From Azolla caroliniana (lineage: Eukaryota; Plantae; Polypodiophyta), in contig JBHGNT010000009.1 in the NCBI GenBank assembly GCA_043228905.1, forward strand, positions 22,134,001-22,198,000: 64,000 bases of DNA, given 5' to 3'. This document shows positions 38,501-53,100 of the stretch, one piece after another (positions within the stretch are counted from its first letter, which is position 1; the number at the start of each line of letters is the position of its first letter). The notes beneath the pieces were generated by a model. It ran no database searches. It saw only the letters and a program-made list of their open reading frames with translations, and was not told the origin of the DNA. The translations under genes were made by a program, and so were the position numbers.

Positions 38501-39891
38501 TAGCAAAGCAAAAAATAGAATGCAACTGACAGTAAACCATAGCTAAGCTTTCAAATTAACTTGTATAAAAAGATCGCACATCTTTCCATTAACCTATCTG
38601 AAAAATGTCTACTGTTTCTATAGTAAAACCCAATCTCTAATTCATAAACCATATTTTTCACATGAATTGAAAGCCTCTCATGGAAAGTATTCATTTACCA
38701 TCCCTACCTATACTAATGAACATTCATTTTGCCTAACTAATAAAGCAAGAATTGGAACATTCATTATAACCATGAATGTATGACAAAGAAAAAACGGAAT
38801 ACAACTTGGGTTAAGCCATAGCTACACTCTCAAATTCGTTTGTATAAAATGATAGTACATCTTTCCCTTCAACTATCTAAAATACGTAGCCCAGTTTGAA
38901 TGCTGACACCCAACCTCTATTTATAAGACATATTTTGCACATAACTTGAAAAGCTCTAAGTGGAACTATTCATTTAGCATCCCATATACTAATGAATATT
39001 CATTTTGGATAACTAATAATACAAGAATTAGAATCTATTAAATAATAGAATTTTTTCACTTTTTCTTGATATTAAAAAACTAGTGAATCTATTGAGACGA
39101 CAAGCAAACAATGTTCATTTTTGTTGATATAAAAAATCTACTACTTTCTTGATATTAAAAAATTACGAAATCTATTAAGACTACGAGTAAACAATTCTCA
39201 TTTTTGTTGATATAAAAAATCTACCAGCTGAGGAAATATTTCCATATAAAATCTACAAATGAGAAAAACAAATTTCATTTCAAAATCCAGTGAATGAGAT
39301 GAGGAAGAAATAATAAAAATGTGCGACTATGTCTGAGATCATAATCTACTAAATATGGCAATGATTTCACATTTCCCCTGAGATGAAACTCTCCCAAAAA
39401 ACCATTTTCCCTGAGATCAGAATCGCCTAAATGAAGAAAACAATTTCATTTGCCTAACATTAAAATCTACCTAAATGAGAAAGTGATTATTCCATTTTCC
39501 CTAGTGTTATGAACTACTCAATGCCAGAGTAACCTTGATCTTCTTCCAGAGATAAAAAAAAAACTACCAGATAGCGGAGCATAATTTCAGATTGACACAC
39601 ATCAATTTTAGTACAAGGTGAAAGAAAATCATTTAACGGCAACAAAATATGGAGAAATCAAACGAATTTCCCTGCCATAAAAAAGAAAAGACAAACGGAG
39701 GGCTTACCTAGATGGAAAGAGTGACCACATTTTAGCTTAGCAATCGATCGGTCCCCTGCATCCTCAGAAACGGGCTCGAAGCAGATGGAGCAAGAAATTG
39801 GGGAGGCATTGGGTTTCGGAGAAGAGGGGGCATAATTTTTCACAGCCTGTGCAGCCATAGAAAGGGGAATGGGCGAGGCAGAATCGACCAT
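35594..39891 (-). CDS. RING-H2 E3 ubiquitin ligase, RFI2-like; exons ~39891-39708, 37756-37590, 37336-37278, 37176-37151, 37044-36686, 36073-35594
   Basis: Spliced CSICFEPV...AKLKCGHSFHL|DCIGSAFNAKGRMQCPNCRHVEQGQWLYA, characteristic of the RFI2 family; later CPYLA motif; GT-AG sites visible; later exon boundaries approximate. Confidence 0.85.
36105..36585. repeat. Diverged ~283-bp tandem duplication in a RING-gene intron
   Basis: cttt.actaa.ggt.caa.ctctaat...ttcac.cattgga.atcca.tctc...ataggactccttaa...taaggctcc.ttcatatg twice. Confidence 0.7.
38535..39035. repeat. Diverged ~280-bp tandem duplication in RING-gene intron 1
   Basis: ccatagcta...tcaaatt...ttgtataaaa...acatctttcc...tatactaatgaa.attcattttg..taactaata twice. 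Confidence 0.7.
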
Positions 39892-40027
39892 CAATCAGAA
39901 GAAGAAGAAGAAGATCGGGAAGAGGGGAGGGGGGTGAAACCCTAATGCGGGGCAGAAGGGGAAATGGGTCGTCTTCGTTTCATCGTTTACGGATGGATAG
40001 GTGGGGGGGCTATTTCACTGCAAAAAA

Positions 40028-40063
40028 ATGGAGATGGAGATGGAGATGGAGATGGAGATGGAG
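40028..40063. repeat. (ATGGAG)6 microsatellite in the presumed RING-gene 5' UTR
   Basis: Directly visible. Confidence 0.9.
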
Positions 40064-40168
40064 ATATGTGGGGATGAAATTTTAAGATGATGATGAATGC
40101 ATTCATACGTTACCTTATAAATTTTGCTTTTTGAGAAAAGAAACTCTCTCTGAGTAAATAACTTTTAT

Positions 40169-40170
<2 letters not shown>

Positions 40171-40212
<42 letters not shown>
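40171..40212. repeat. (GT)21 microsatellite
   Basis: Directly visible. Confidence 0.95.
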
Positions 40213-40214
<2 letters not shown>

Positions 40215-42672
40215 GTTGGGGGGGGGGTCTCGGACCCTGCCCATAGCTCGGATGGACACCCCGGCAATTTCGCCCGCCCATCTTGTGCCTCTCATCTCTT
40301 GTCTCTCCAACCTCTTCGTTGGTTCATGCTTCCACATATATCCTTCATTTTGTGGTGTCGGTGTCGGAACCTGGCTTCCGCCTCTTCGCCTCATCTTTCT
40401 ATCGCTACCTAGACTCCGAGCCTCTCGCCTCTTGCTCTAGGTTTTCCGGCCCTTACTCGAGCTCCATCCATGCGCGCGCTTCGGCTATTGCTTCTCGTCT
40501 CTTCTAGCGTTCGGTGGTTCTACGCTCCCGGCTCTGAGCCCTAATCTCCATCCCCATGACTCTCAACAATTATCGCATCTTTATACATATATCTATCGTC
40601 CACGTTGTTTGCTAGTTTTGCATGTCGTGTGTCAAGCATCATGGACTTGGCTTTGGCTCTATTTCTAGCTCTATGCCTCCGTCTTGAACTCCTCAATTAG
40701 CAATAAAGCTGATAGTAAATGCAAGCAATCTTTTCTCAAATATACTTGCTCGCCACACATACAACATATATCGCACATGTAAGGCATGATATTTTATGGT
40801 CGACAAATCACGTAATACATGCATATGGACTAGTCCATATTTGACCATGGATATTGACAAATATATACGTACACATGTACATATTGGGAAGGTCCATGGT
40901 CTTACATTGGAAGCACATTCATGAGCACTAGTATGCTCTAGTACTCTATTCATTATTGCCATGAAAAAGGGGAGTGTGTTCTTTATTATTGTAGAATGCG
41001 GTCACAAACAAACACTTGGTTGATATGGAATCTTTGATTATCAAAGGGGTAGGATCAACAATAATGAATGTTGCCTGTGTGGACACTCAAGAACCTTCTC
41101 AATATGCATGAAGTAAAAACTTACACAACATGGTTTTCATTGCAATGAATAATGGATTGTAGGTAAAAGGAGAAGCATATCCTTTCATCATATACAAATC
41201 AATGAAAGGAGAGAGATGATCATGACCATGACGTATTATCATTCTCTGCCAAAGACTAGTAAATGAAATGAATCATGAGTTTCATTATTAAGACATCCAT
41301 CTATTAGATCATACATTTCTTTGGAAGGTCCTTTAGGGCATATCATTGAGCTAAATGAAACTACTATCAATCATGAGTAGCCTTCCCCTCCTTCACAACA
41401 TTATTTTGATCAAGTTTTGTGTTGTCTACGTGCTGCGCAATGATTATTTCAAATGTTCTTACCTTTACAGCATATATAAATGCAACGGTAAAAGGTGCGA
41501 ACATCAAGTAGGAGACAATGGTCCTTGTGGATCTATTTTAATGAAATCAACTTTATACTCCAAGCTTTAAAAGGCAAGACATCAACATATACAAGTTCAT
41601 CAACCCTTTTTTAATGAGTAAAATAATGGGAGCCAACAACCCATCTGTCACAAATCTTCCACCAACAAATGTGCTTTATCACAAGACTTACCAAACGGCA
41701 TTGCTTAGAAGAGAAGCACATTTTCCTTGTTAACTCCAACTCTCATTTAAGAATTAAAACATGCAAACTACTTGCGCAAATAGTTCTAGTGTCAAAGTAG
41801 TTGACAAATGTCAATATTAAAACCATGAATCACATAATGACTATTGAAAATTTTGAGTGATCCCTAGCGAAGCCTAGAAAATTCTGTTTACATCCACACT
41901 CTTCCCACAGAAATACTACTTTGCATGCATACGTATCTTTCGAGAAAATTAGACATGTACTTTCATTTCAAAACCTGAGAAAATTACATTCAAGTCTAAC
42001 CATTTTACATACACAAATTAGAAACTGGAAACTGGAAATTCACTATCCCAAAATTTTCACAAATACCAATATCTGTTACATTAAAATCAGCCAATCAAGG
42101 ACAACTAAAATTTGGCACAGCGATTAGATAGTGTATGCACAGATAAAATTCATACCACACCAAGTACCAAATAACTATAGCTCTATCTTTGAGAACTTAA
42201 CAAAACTTCGCATAGAGTTAAACAATAAAAATTCAAAACAAATACAGAAATACTTTCATCTAAATATATAAAGTGCATAAACAGTATATCATTGCCTTGT
42301 AATATGGTGGGACTCAGAAACAAAAGCTAAAGGAAAATCAACTTGTCAATACTAATACTAGAAAACTTGGAAAATAGTTGGGGATAGCATCATAGAAAAC
42401 TGAAATTGAATTCATCTGTAACGATAGATTGGATTCATTCGCAACTGTGTAAAGAAAAACTTTGAGAACCTCATGTCTTATATTTCCATCTTTTGCCCTT
42501 TTGGCGAAAAAAGAACCATTTCATTATATTTGGAGTCCAGACATATTGTTTATTGTTCCACCCTATCATTTAATGGTATTTATGATATATTATAGCCAAT
42601 AACAGCCTGATATGATCAAAGATCCTTTTTAAGGCATTCCTAATATTATTGCAGACTGCATATCTAGAGACC

Positions 42673-45600
42673 TCATAACCTAGCCTTGGCTCCATTCTGA
42701 ACAGGAGATGACAGCTTCAAGCCTCTTGCAGCACAATGCTGTAACCATGCACATGGCTTAAAGAAATTGCCATAAGATTGTGATAAACTATTCAATCTGG
42801 AAGCAACATGTTTCGCACCCACCAAATCTCCCCAAAATACAATACCACCCCTGTAAAGAGAAGACATTTGTCAGCGATATGTATAACCATGCTCAAAATA
42901 TCCAGTCATATATAATCATGTTCAGAAGATCCAACGACCATATATAGCATCTCTATTGATCCAGCAAGACAAGTAGGCGTAATATCCAGCCAAAGAGAAT
43001 CATGTCCAAGCCAAAGATCCAAGTAAAAATACATTTGAAAGTATTACCTGTATGGTGGGAATCCCATTCCCATAACAGAGGCGATATCCAAGTCAGATGC
43101 CTTGGATACTACTCCTTCCTCGAGGACACGGCATGCCTCGTTGACAACAGGAAAGAATATCATCTCGACGATCTCTTCATCAGAAAGAACAACTGGCTGC
43201 GATAAGAAATGAATACAAAGTCAGCACTACATTTAGGCTACTTAGCTTAGTAACATGATATTCCTACAAGAGAATATTGTCACTACCTTCTTGTTTGGCA
43301 TAATATCAGATAGCGCCCTGGACTTTTGAAGATATTTCTGTACATCTGGGTCTGGTTTGGCTTTACGTTTGTCATCATACACATAAAACCCCTTTTTCGT
43401 CTTCTCACCTGAGGTACATATAATCTCAGATAATGGAATATATTTCTATTGAGCACTTTAATATTTACAGCTGATACTAACCAAGACGCTTGTCCTCCAT
43501 AAGAAAGGGGAAAAGCATCGACTTGTACACACGTTCAGGAAAAGCTTCTATGAATGTCATGCCAGATGCCACACCAACTTCGAATCCCACAAGATCTGCC
43601 AGCCTGTAGCAACCATGGGGAAAAGCAGAGAATAACATTACAATTGGCAAATAATTTACAGAAAAGTATCATCATATAAAGAATTTAACTTGAGAGCAAC
43701 TCAATCTAAAACTCACCTGAAAGGGCCCATTGGCATGCCAAATGCAGTAATAATACGATCTATGCGATAAACATCCACACCAAGGTCTACTAACAGCAGT
43801 GACGCTTGTGTGTACGGGAAGAAAGTTCGGTTGACAGCAAAGCCAGGACAATTGCCAACTACAACAGGAACTTTTCTAATCCTTTTTCCAAATTCCAAGA
43901 GATCAACTAGCACTTGCGGTGAAGTACTGTTTGTCCTAATAATCTCAAACAGTGGCATAATATGCGCAGGGCTGTAGGAGAATAAAAGAGAACGAATTTA
44001 GGTTCATAACAAACTAAGCAAAGTAATGACATCAACATCCATGGAAACATCAAGTCTCCCTTTAGGTAAATTGCACTAGATTCAATTCAAGCAAGCAATA
44101 CAATTACCTGAAGAAGTGCGCACCTGCCACTCGATCCTTGGCTTTCAGATTCTGAGCAATCAAGTTGAGATCGATGGTTGAGGTATTGGTGGCTAGGACA
44201 CAAGTTGATGGACATGCCTTCTCTAGGTCAGCAAGGATTTGTTGCTTCAACGCTAACTTCTCTATAACAGCCTGTATATAGAATCAAGGGCTCATATAGC
44301 CTCTCCGTGAAATGTTTATTGATGGTTAGTTCTCATATACTCTATAATGTTCAGACTTACCTCAATGACAATGTCCACATTTCTAAAGTCATCATAGGTC
44401 AGTGCACCTTTAATCAGACCAAAAGTCTGTTCAAACTTTTCTTTTGTCATTTTTCCCTTTTTCACCCTGCTCTGAAGGTTGGCTGCACATGGATTTATAC
44501 ATTATTTCTTTTGGCATGGTTTTTTATCTCAAGTCAAAAGTTTTCAGCTCAATATAATGAGGTCATTCATACCTTTGACTCTGTCAAGTCCAGACTGCAA
44601 GAAATCTGCATTGATCTCCTTTAATACCACTTCAATACCACTCAATATGCAAGCAGTGGCTATTCCCGATCCCATGAGACCACCACCTATAACTCCTACT
44701 TTCTTAGGAGGACTTGGACGCAATCCTAAATCTGTGATGCCGGGAACCTACGTTGCGCCATCAACCAGTTCAATATCTCAGCCATAAAAGCTTACCATCA
44801 TAGGTGATGCATGATCTAGAGGATTCTCTCTTACTTTTGCAGTTGCTCTTTGAGCAAGAAACACATGGGTCAAAGATTTTGCTGTGTCTGAAGCAACACA
44901 TTCCACGAACGCCTTTCCTTCCTGTCAACAAAGCTTATATGCAATTAGTATCCAATTGCTGAAGTCCCATGTGAGAAATATACATGTTAAGAATCCCTAT
45001 CATAGCTAACCAATCATTATTTACAATGGCAGGTAAAGGTTATATTAAAGCATCATAACTTGCCAACTATTTATTTTAAATAACAGATAACACACCTTTT
45101 CGAGACCGGCAAACCCTCCTGACACAATTCCCTCCTCTACTACATCCAGGCATACCAATGGATGATGTAGATTTGGAGCTCTTTTCTTGGTTTGCTCTCT
45201 GGCAAACTTCAAGATTTCACGTGCCTCTGCAAGGGGCTCAAGTCTATCTGTTCTGTAGAGTGAAACTGTCCAAGGTTTGCGAAAATTAGCAATGTCCAAA
45301 GCCCACTGTCTAGCTACAGAAAGAAGCTCTTTAGGTGGTGCAACAGCATCTACAAGCCCCAACTCCACAGCTTCTGCAGTACTGATAGGTTTTGAAGTCT
45401 AGAAGTGTACAGAAAGTAATTAGTTTGGCACCAAGAAAAACTTCAAAGAAATTGTAGTAGCATGAAGTTCCATCGCAATTACCAGCATCATCTCTATAGC
45501 TTTGGATAAACCCACTAGTCGGGGCAGGCGTTGAGTGCCTAATAACAAGATAAACAAATTGAGACCTATTACAATTCTCTTGTGATGGTTTCAACGACTT

Positions 45601-47850
45601 AAACATAATAAACTTTACCTCCCCCTCCTGGAATAACACCTAATTGAAGTTCAGGTAGACCAAGTTGACTCTTTGGTGATGCAATCCTAGCATGGCAACA
45701 CTAGAATAAAACAAGGTGACTTCAATATAATCCTATGATAAAAGCAAGCTTTAATTATGTATGTATCTCTTTCAGTAATATTTACAAAAAGTCCCACATC
45801 AGCCACTGGTTCTATGCAAGAATCTGACAACACTCTTTAATCCTATCTCAACATACCATTGTCAGTTCCAAGCCCCCACCAAGCGCAAGCCCTTGGATAG
45901 CAGCAACAGAAGGTTTTTTACCCCCTGAAAACACAAGAAGAAATGCCTCAATATGAGAGAATCTTACCTGCACATTTATTATATGTACATGCATGCACTT
46001 AATTACATGAAACTGACACATCTCTTCCTTAGTGATAAACAATGTTTGCTCATTTTCTTCATGTGCTCATGTGAGTATAGATTTGCATTGCTGCAGAGAA
46101 GAAAGCAAGAAGCTGTACCTTGAATCTTAAAAAGTATTGAAGCGACAAAAAAATCACCCTGATAAATATTGAACTATGCATAAACAGTAAATAAATGGAT
46201 TCGTGAAGATCAAATATATTCTTCTACCTTCCATCAGATTTGTTTGGAGGTTGGGGGATGCAGATGAAACATTTAAAAAATCACCTGAAACAAAAATAAA
46301 TATCATAGATCAATACTCTCATTCTCACTGGACAACTTTGTAGTGTCAACTTGATGAGCTAGCAAATTAGAACAAACCAGTAGCTTGTATTGCTTGCATA
46401 GTCATAATGTCAAACCCACCAGAGAAAACACCTTTAGCACCTGCATTAAAGTCGCAATTCACTAATGTAGCATAGGCATATGCATATATATTATGCAGCT
46501 TAAGGAACCACACATTGTGGGGGCACATCCTCCATTGTATGTATGTGAATGTTAACATTAGCAAATCATTGCACCTGTAAGCACAATAGCTTTCACATCA
46601 TCCCTTCCCATTGCCTCGTCATATTTCTGTTTCAAACCCAAGAATACTGGCAAAAAGTAATTTGAGAATTAAGCACAATATATGTCATAATTACATATTT
46701 ACATGAAAGAATCCCAAACAAAGCATATATTACTTTAAAAAAGCCAGTATATGAAAGAAGAACCCAATATATTAACAAAAAAATATTTATCAGAAACAAT
46801 GCATGCTTCACATACCCTCGATTCTTCAGAGAAAATACTTCACAGAAACTGTTTACTGCACTGAGTCACTCCCAATTTTCTATAATATTCACTGTATACT
46901 TAAATTTTAAATTTTATGCCAGAAAAATGCTCTAAATTGGCAACGTGATTAATTTCCATGTATGCATAAAGTACCAAATTACTGACTTTTGCTAGCATCG
47001 GGCCTATGTAATGTGCTCTTCTCTAATCTTACAATAGAAAGGAAATTTTCAATGCCGGATCTTTCCATAATACCATTTTCTTTACTTACAAATTGTTTGC
47101 ATATGTTATAAAAGTCATTGTCATAAAGTTCATTTTCATGTTCTCTAGGTCCACTTGGCTATATAATCCTTTACGGGCTTCAGTGATGTGACATTCTGAG
47201 CACTGATTCTGATAGCAATTATCTAAAATACCAAATTTTCCTTATAACTTGCATATATATCACATGTTCAGAAGCTTCCATATTTGTTATTCTCAAACTT
47301 CCTATGCCTAGCAAAGCTTAATCACTACAATCATATTTATCATTATTAATGTCAAGATCAATCTTTTTCAAACTAACTATGCTTCATTATACGTTGCACT
47401 TAAAAACCTTCCTGGTTTTACCTTCTCGTTTATGTATATAGGCTAATCTATTCTCAACTAAACTCCTGATTCTTATCTATATCAATATTTCTATGCTCAA
47501 GTATTACTAATGTACCCATATCTATCAATCAGTGACTAACTGCTAAGTTTTGGACAGTGATCTGAACAAAAAAATGAACACGACCGTTCTGTCCCTATTA
47601 CAAGACATGTATTAATCGATCAAAGACCAAAAGTTGCAAAAAAATATCAAAGGATATGAAGATCGAGATCCTTCAAATGATCAATTGTATCAAAGATCCA
47701 AGATAGAAAAGACGAAATGAAAAAATATATCAAAGGCTGGAGATCGTGCAGCCAACCTGGAATAGAAAGGGAGTTCACAGGGGGGTTATCGATAGTAATA
47801 ACGGCCACGCCATCAGGAAAGACCTCAAGACGAACAGCTTCTTTCTCCAT
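42673..47850 (-). CDS. AIM1: Peroxisomal fatty-acid beta-oxidation multifunctional protein (enoyl-CoA hydratase / 3-hydroxyacyl-CoA dehydrogenase), AIM1-like, ~17 exons
   Basis: DGVAVITIDNPPVNSL, FSGGFDI, ALGGGLE, LPELQLGVIPG-GGTQRLPRLVG, VIGGGLMGSGIA (NAD-binding), AHFFSPAHIMPL, GFAVNRTFFPY, MPMGPFR, YRGGIVFW, C-terminal PTS1 ARL*; the splice sites I checked are GT-AG. AIM1 versus MFP2 orthology judged only from motifs. Confidence 0.93.
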
Positions 47851-48325
47851 AGCAAGATTTGTCCTTCTCTTCTTCTCCTTATTTTCTTCGTCTTCCTCCT
47901 CTATTTCCTTTTTCTCTTCGTCTTCTCGACCTCCTTTACTTCGTCCTTGTCAAATTCCTCCTCAGCAGCAGAATTCTTCCCTTACGTCTTGTTTCTTGCT
48001 TCCTTTTATATGCCGATTTCCTCCGATTCTTCCTCTTCAGCAGGGCAGAGAGATTCCTTCCACAGTTTTCCTCCTCCTTCTCGCTGATATTTCTTTTTTT
48101 GTCGCTTTAGATGCGTCGGGCGGAGAGGCCGTCTCGATCGGATGGGAGCAGGAAAGAGATGGCGAGATTCTTGTGAGAGAGGGGGGGATCGATCGGACCT
48201 GGTCCTTCCTTCGTTCTTTCTTTCTCTGAGTTCGATCGACTTGGCTCTCTGCGTTCTTGATGGTTTCTTTGTCTGCAGCGTCTTCTGTGTTCTGAGTCTT
48301 ATTTTGCTGTGTACATATTTATCAG

Positions 48326-48326
<1 letters not shown>

Positions 48327-48366
<40 letters not shown>

Positions 48367-48415
48367 TCTATTTATTTATTTATTTATTTATCTATTTATT
48401 TATCTATCTATCTGT

Positions 48416-48486
<71 letters not shown>

Positions 48487-48738
48487 TCTATTTATCTATT
48501 TATTTATTTATTTATTTATTTATCTATTTATTTATTTATCTATTTATTTATTTATCTATTTATTTATTTATCTATCTATTTATTTATTTATTTATCTATT
48601 TATTTATTTATCTATTTATTTATTTATTTATTTATCTATCTATCTGTTTTTTTTTTTTAATTTTATTTGTTTATTTATTTATTTGCCTATCTACATATCT
48701 ATTTAGTTTTATCTATTTATTTATTTATTTATCTATTT
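48327..48738. repeat. Long compound (TTTA)n/(TCTA)n microsatellite, ~410 bp
   Basis: Directly visible. Confidence 0.97.
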
Positions 48739-49139
48739 GAGAAATAAAAGGATAAAGAAATTCGATGTATATCCCATTAATAAAAACGTTTCTTGGGCGG
48801 ATAGAGAGGGGGTGACGTCATGCGTGATTTGGGGCGTGCGGGGGCCAAAGGCCCAGATTTATAGGCGGCCTTCTCGCTGCCCAAATTTAGAGGAGCACTT
48901 GTGTCCGCCCATCTCCCCCTGGACGGACGGACAACGGTTGACCCCAACACGGTGTTCGTGTTCGTGTTCATGCGTGCGTTTGTGCTCGTGTTTGGGTTCG
49001 GGTTCGTGTTTATGAGCGAGCACTTGTTTGTTTTGTGTCCATGTCTACGTGCACAAATGAAACATGTGCTTTTAATGTGTAGGTCTATGAACGTGTGCAT
49101 GTGTGCCTGCCTATCCATACATATCTATCTATACAAGTG

Positions 49140-49452
49140 AGTTTGTGTGTGTGTGTGTGTGTTCGTGTTTGTCTACGTGCATAAGCGTGTGCTTTATGAT
49201 CACGTCAATGAATGTGTGCACATGTGCCCGCTTGTCCATACATTTGAATGAGTGAGTGTGCAAGTGTGCAAGTGTGTCCCTCTCTACGTGCATGAATGTG
49301 TGATTTATGTGCTCGTCCAACATCTCGAACACACGAGTGTGTGTGTGCGTGCACACACACATGCATGCAAGGCACATGGAGGTGAGAGTGTTATTTATGC
49401 CTGCGTGCACAATAGTGTGTGTGTGTGTGTGTGTGTGTGTGTTGTGTGTGCG
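49140..49452. repeat. (GT)n-rich degenerate low-complexity tract
   Basis: Several (GT)n runs with gtgca/gcac interruptions. Confidence 0.8.
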
Positions 49453-49671
49453 CACGATCACTGGAGTAGTAGTTAAAGCTCCCCGAGTGGTTCAAGGTTC
49501 CAAGGGATAAACGAGAATAATGTTCATTGTAACATTGTGAAAAGACTCTAACTCTTCCCTTAATGATAAAAATATATACAGTATAGAAAGACTCTCTTCT
49601 GATTGTCATCACAAGAATAATAAATGGGGGGAGAGAAATATGATCCTCTCCCTTCTTGAGTCAGTGGGTAT

Positions 49672-50113
49672 TAACAATCAACAACGGTTCAATTTGAACC
49701 GAACCGGGAAACCACGGCTTAACGGTAAAAATGGTTTGGTTCAGTTCAATTCGGTTTCGGTTTCAACAGTTAGAAACCACGGTTTAATAGGTTTTTTTAT
49801 TTTTACAAAAATTAAAAATAATAATAAGTTATTTTTAAACAAGCTTTTCATTTTTAGGCCTTATTCTCACATTTCATGAACATCTTTAAAATTTAAAAAC
49901 TTTAAAATAATGAAATATTTTAAATTTTAAAAATTAAATTTTGACCTAAGTTGAAAACCAAAACCAAACCACGAAACTGTGGATTTAACGGGTTAATGGT
50001 TTGAAAAAAAATTAACGGTTTCGTGGTTCCGTTCAGTTTAGTTCAGGTTTCAAATTTTTTGAACGGTTTGGTTTTGACCCTCTCAAACCGAACCGAACTG
50101 TTGCCGATCATTA
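49672..50113. mobile_element. hAT-like MITE
   Basis: 8-bp near-TSD GTGGGTAT/GTGGGTAC; degenerate TIRs TAACAATCAACAACGGTTC / TAATGATCGGCAACAGTTC; many subterminal AACCG/CGGTT motifs; AT-rich core. Confidence 0.72.
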
Positions 50114-53100
50114 GTGGGTACCCACGTAAGATGGAACTATCGCATCCTTATAGGGATTTCTATATAACATTCTCATCTGACTAATGAAATGAGTTTTTTT
50201 AGAGAAAAAAAGAAAAGAAATATGATATCTTATTTGAGAAACACTAAACGTGTGCCCATGTGACATGCTTGCTTACTCTCGAGTCTCTATAAAACAAGAT
50301 GTTGACATTTGTAAAACGTGGATTCAAAAATGATAATTGCCAACCAGCCATCTCATTTGATCTATCCTTTTTCATGTTTAAAATCCTAGCAATAGCCACT
50401 GATTAGAACGAAATTAGGTTGTGGTCATCTCCTTGAATCTCGTTTATGCACAACAAAATGAGAGGATATATGAAGGAAAACCGATAGTGTGATATGGAAA
50501 GATAGAAAAAAATTTGGTTTTTATGGAAATCAAAGAAAAAAAGGCGGAGCTTTTTGTGCAATGAGAGACGAACCTTATTTACATGTTTTCCTCCCCCCAA
50601 TGGCCATTTCGTCACATATAGACTTTGTCCCATTAATGAAAGATGAAAGGCATGTCCATGATTAAATTTGGTTCCCAGGAGTAGCACTTTTTGGTAGCCA
50701 AAAAGCAAAAGAGACAATTATGGAAATACGATCACAATTCATTGAGTAAATGTCTCGATCAAATTTCATTTCAATGACTAATACTTTTCCATAGCTAGAA
50801 AGCAAAAGAGAAGTTGAGGCAAAATTGGTAGTAGTAGCTCATTGAATAAACGTCCACAACAATGTGGAAATAAAACGACATTATCTTATTCAAGTTAAAA
50901 ATAAAAGGCAATGACAAATGCTTATAACAAACTAATAAAAGTTAGACAGATGATAGATGTACAAAAGTGAGTTTTTGTAACTTATCCGTAAGATGTTCAT
51001 CTAACTAAGGCTAAAATGAACACAAGGCATCTCAAGGTTAAGATGAGTTGAGATTAAGGTAAGATTATTATTGAGCTATTTTCAAAACATTGTTAAATGC
51101 TTGTTTATGTGTCGAGGCCTTTTGATGTCACATTATCACAAGCTATTACAGCGAGCTCGTGAAATATGAGTGGGTCTATTGACGCATTGAACAAGGGGAG
51201 ATTGGGTTGATGATTATGTATTTGGTATTTAAGAATAATTTTTGGGGTTTTATTAAAATTGGATGGTATTTTCAAAATATAATTTCCCTACAAAGTGTTC
51301 GCATGTAGGGAGAAGTGAGAGGGAAGGGGAAATGAACTCTAGGTGGTGTGTGTTTGTTTTATTATTGGTCTCCAAGGGTGTGAGCCCTAGGCTCAACACC
51401 TAATCTAATGTTGACATCTATTAGGTTATATGTTAGGTAAGGGGTGGCATTTTATCCACAAGATTCAATATTCAAGGACATGAGTTTGAATCTCCTCACT
51501 TGTCAAAGTAGTAAATTCCCAATTTCTCAGTCCAATTATAATTTTCATTGGTTTTTAGTGGTGAGTTACACTAAATGTAAATTCAAATGGTGGGTATTGG
51601 AATCATCATTGAAACCTACATGAATGGGCGTCTCCGCATGTTCCACGAGGACATGAACATGTTCTCTCATAGAGAGCCTCATTAAGTAGTTCTTTTGAGT
51701 TGAGTCATTATGGACAATGAGTGACCAACATGGCTTGCACGAAATAGTGTCTCCACAAGTTCTTCAAAAGGACATAATATATGCTCATTCACTCAAGGGA
51801 AGCCTTGCCAATAACTAAATTCCTATCGCATGTACAAGATCAACGTGTCAATGTTGTCGCATAAACGGGCATGCACCAGTGGGATTGTTGTTGGGAACTT
51901 AAACCAAGGAGGATGTGATGTTGTGTGAGAAACCCCCTCATCGGCTGCCTTGTGTAATTTCCCTTTTTTGTGAATTGCCTATGTTACTTTTGAAGCTTAG
52001 ACTTGAGGAAACCTCAAAGTCGAGGAAAGATCGAGTCAAGGAATTATTTCACCTTCCCCCGATGTTGTCGCTCAACCAAGCTCTTTCTCTCCCTCTGATT
52101 GAAGTGGTGCTTAAGTGATTGGCGTAGGATTAAGGCCAATTACAACCATTTAATACAACAAAACCATGATGAAAACCCAAAACTTTAGTTTTTACACGAA
52201 AGTCCCCTTACGAAATAGGGTTTACAAAACGATTACAAAGTAATTACAATGGTGATTATGATAAGTGTTTACAATGGTGGTAACATAACACATTTGTTTC
52301 ATATGATGAAACTTGATTATGGGTGATGAATATTGACCAATATATGTTCTAGTTTGCTTATTTGTAGGGTAAGAGAATGTTACCAAGTGCATTTATAAAG
52401 ATCGTCAACTTCTTCTATATTTCCTTATTCTCAATTATGAGAAGGTGCGATGAATGAATCAAACCATGTAATGGGTAAAGAATTTATCTTTTTATGTCTA
52501 AAAAAGAAATTTCCTCGGAAGAAATTGTTGATGCAATAACATTCAAGTTGCTTGCATCCAATCAAAGTTAACTTTATGTTGAGTACATATGGGGAATTGA
52601 TTTTAACTATATACGCTTTAAGCAAATTTCAAGCCAATATACATGGTTTATAATGGCCTTTATTTGAGTTTTTAACAAACCCATGCTTTCTAAATTCAAT
52701 GCCATCACACATGTTTGACAAAAGAAATGCACTAGACATCAATGATGGATTCTTCTTCAAAAGTAGCAATAAAGTATCATATAAGATTGTTGTAAAGGGT
52801 ATGCTTGTTTAACTTGTTGTATGGTATTGAAGATTTAATGCTAGTTTACGATTCTAAATCAACGATGATATCTATAACACACCACACAATAATACTTAAA
52901 GACTGAGATGGCCATAGACAAAGAGGACAATTTTGTTGATATCACCCCAATGGATGAAGATTTCGTATAAGCTTTTATCAACGAAAGCATAATAGAATCC
53001 GCAAAGGGTTGGGGATTCTCCTCCGAAAAAACATTATGTCTTGGATGTTGTCACCCTTTTGTAAAATTCAAGAGGCTCTATCCCAAATAAAAATAGTGGG

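Noticed and set aside
42673-47850. Non-canonical (GC-AG or U12) introns in AIM1
   Set aside because: The junctions I traced were ordinary GT-AG
48142-48740. FIYL-repeat ORFs resembling membrane proteins
   Set aside because: Translation of the (TTTA)n microsatellite
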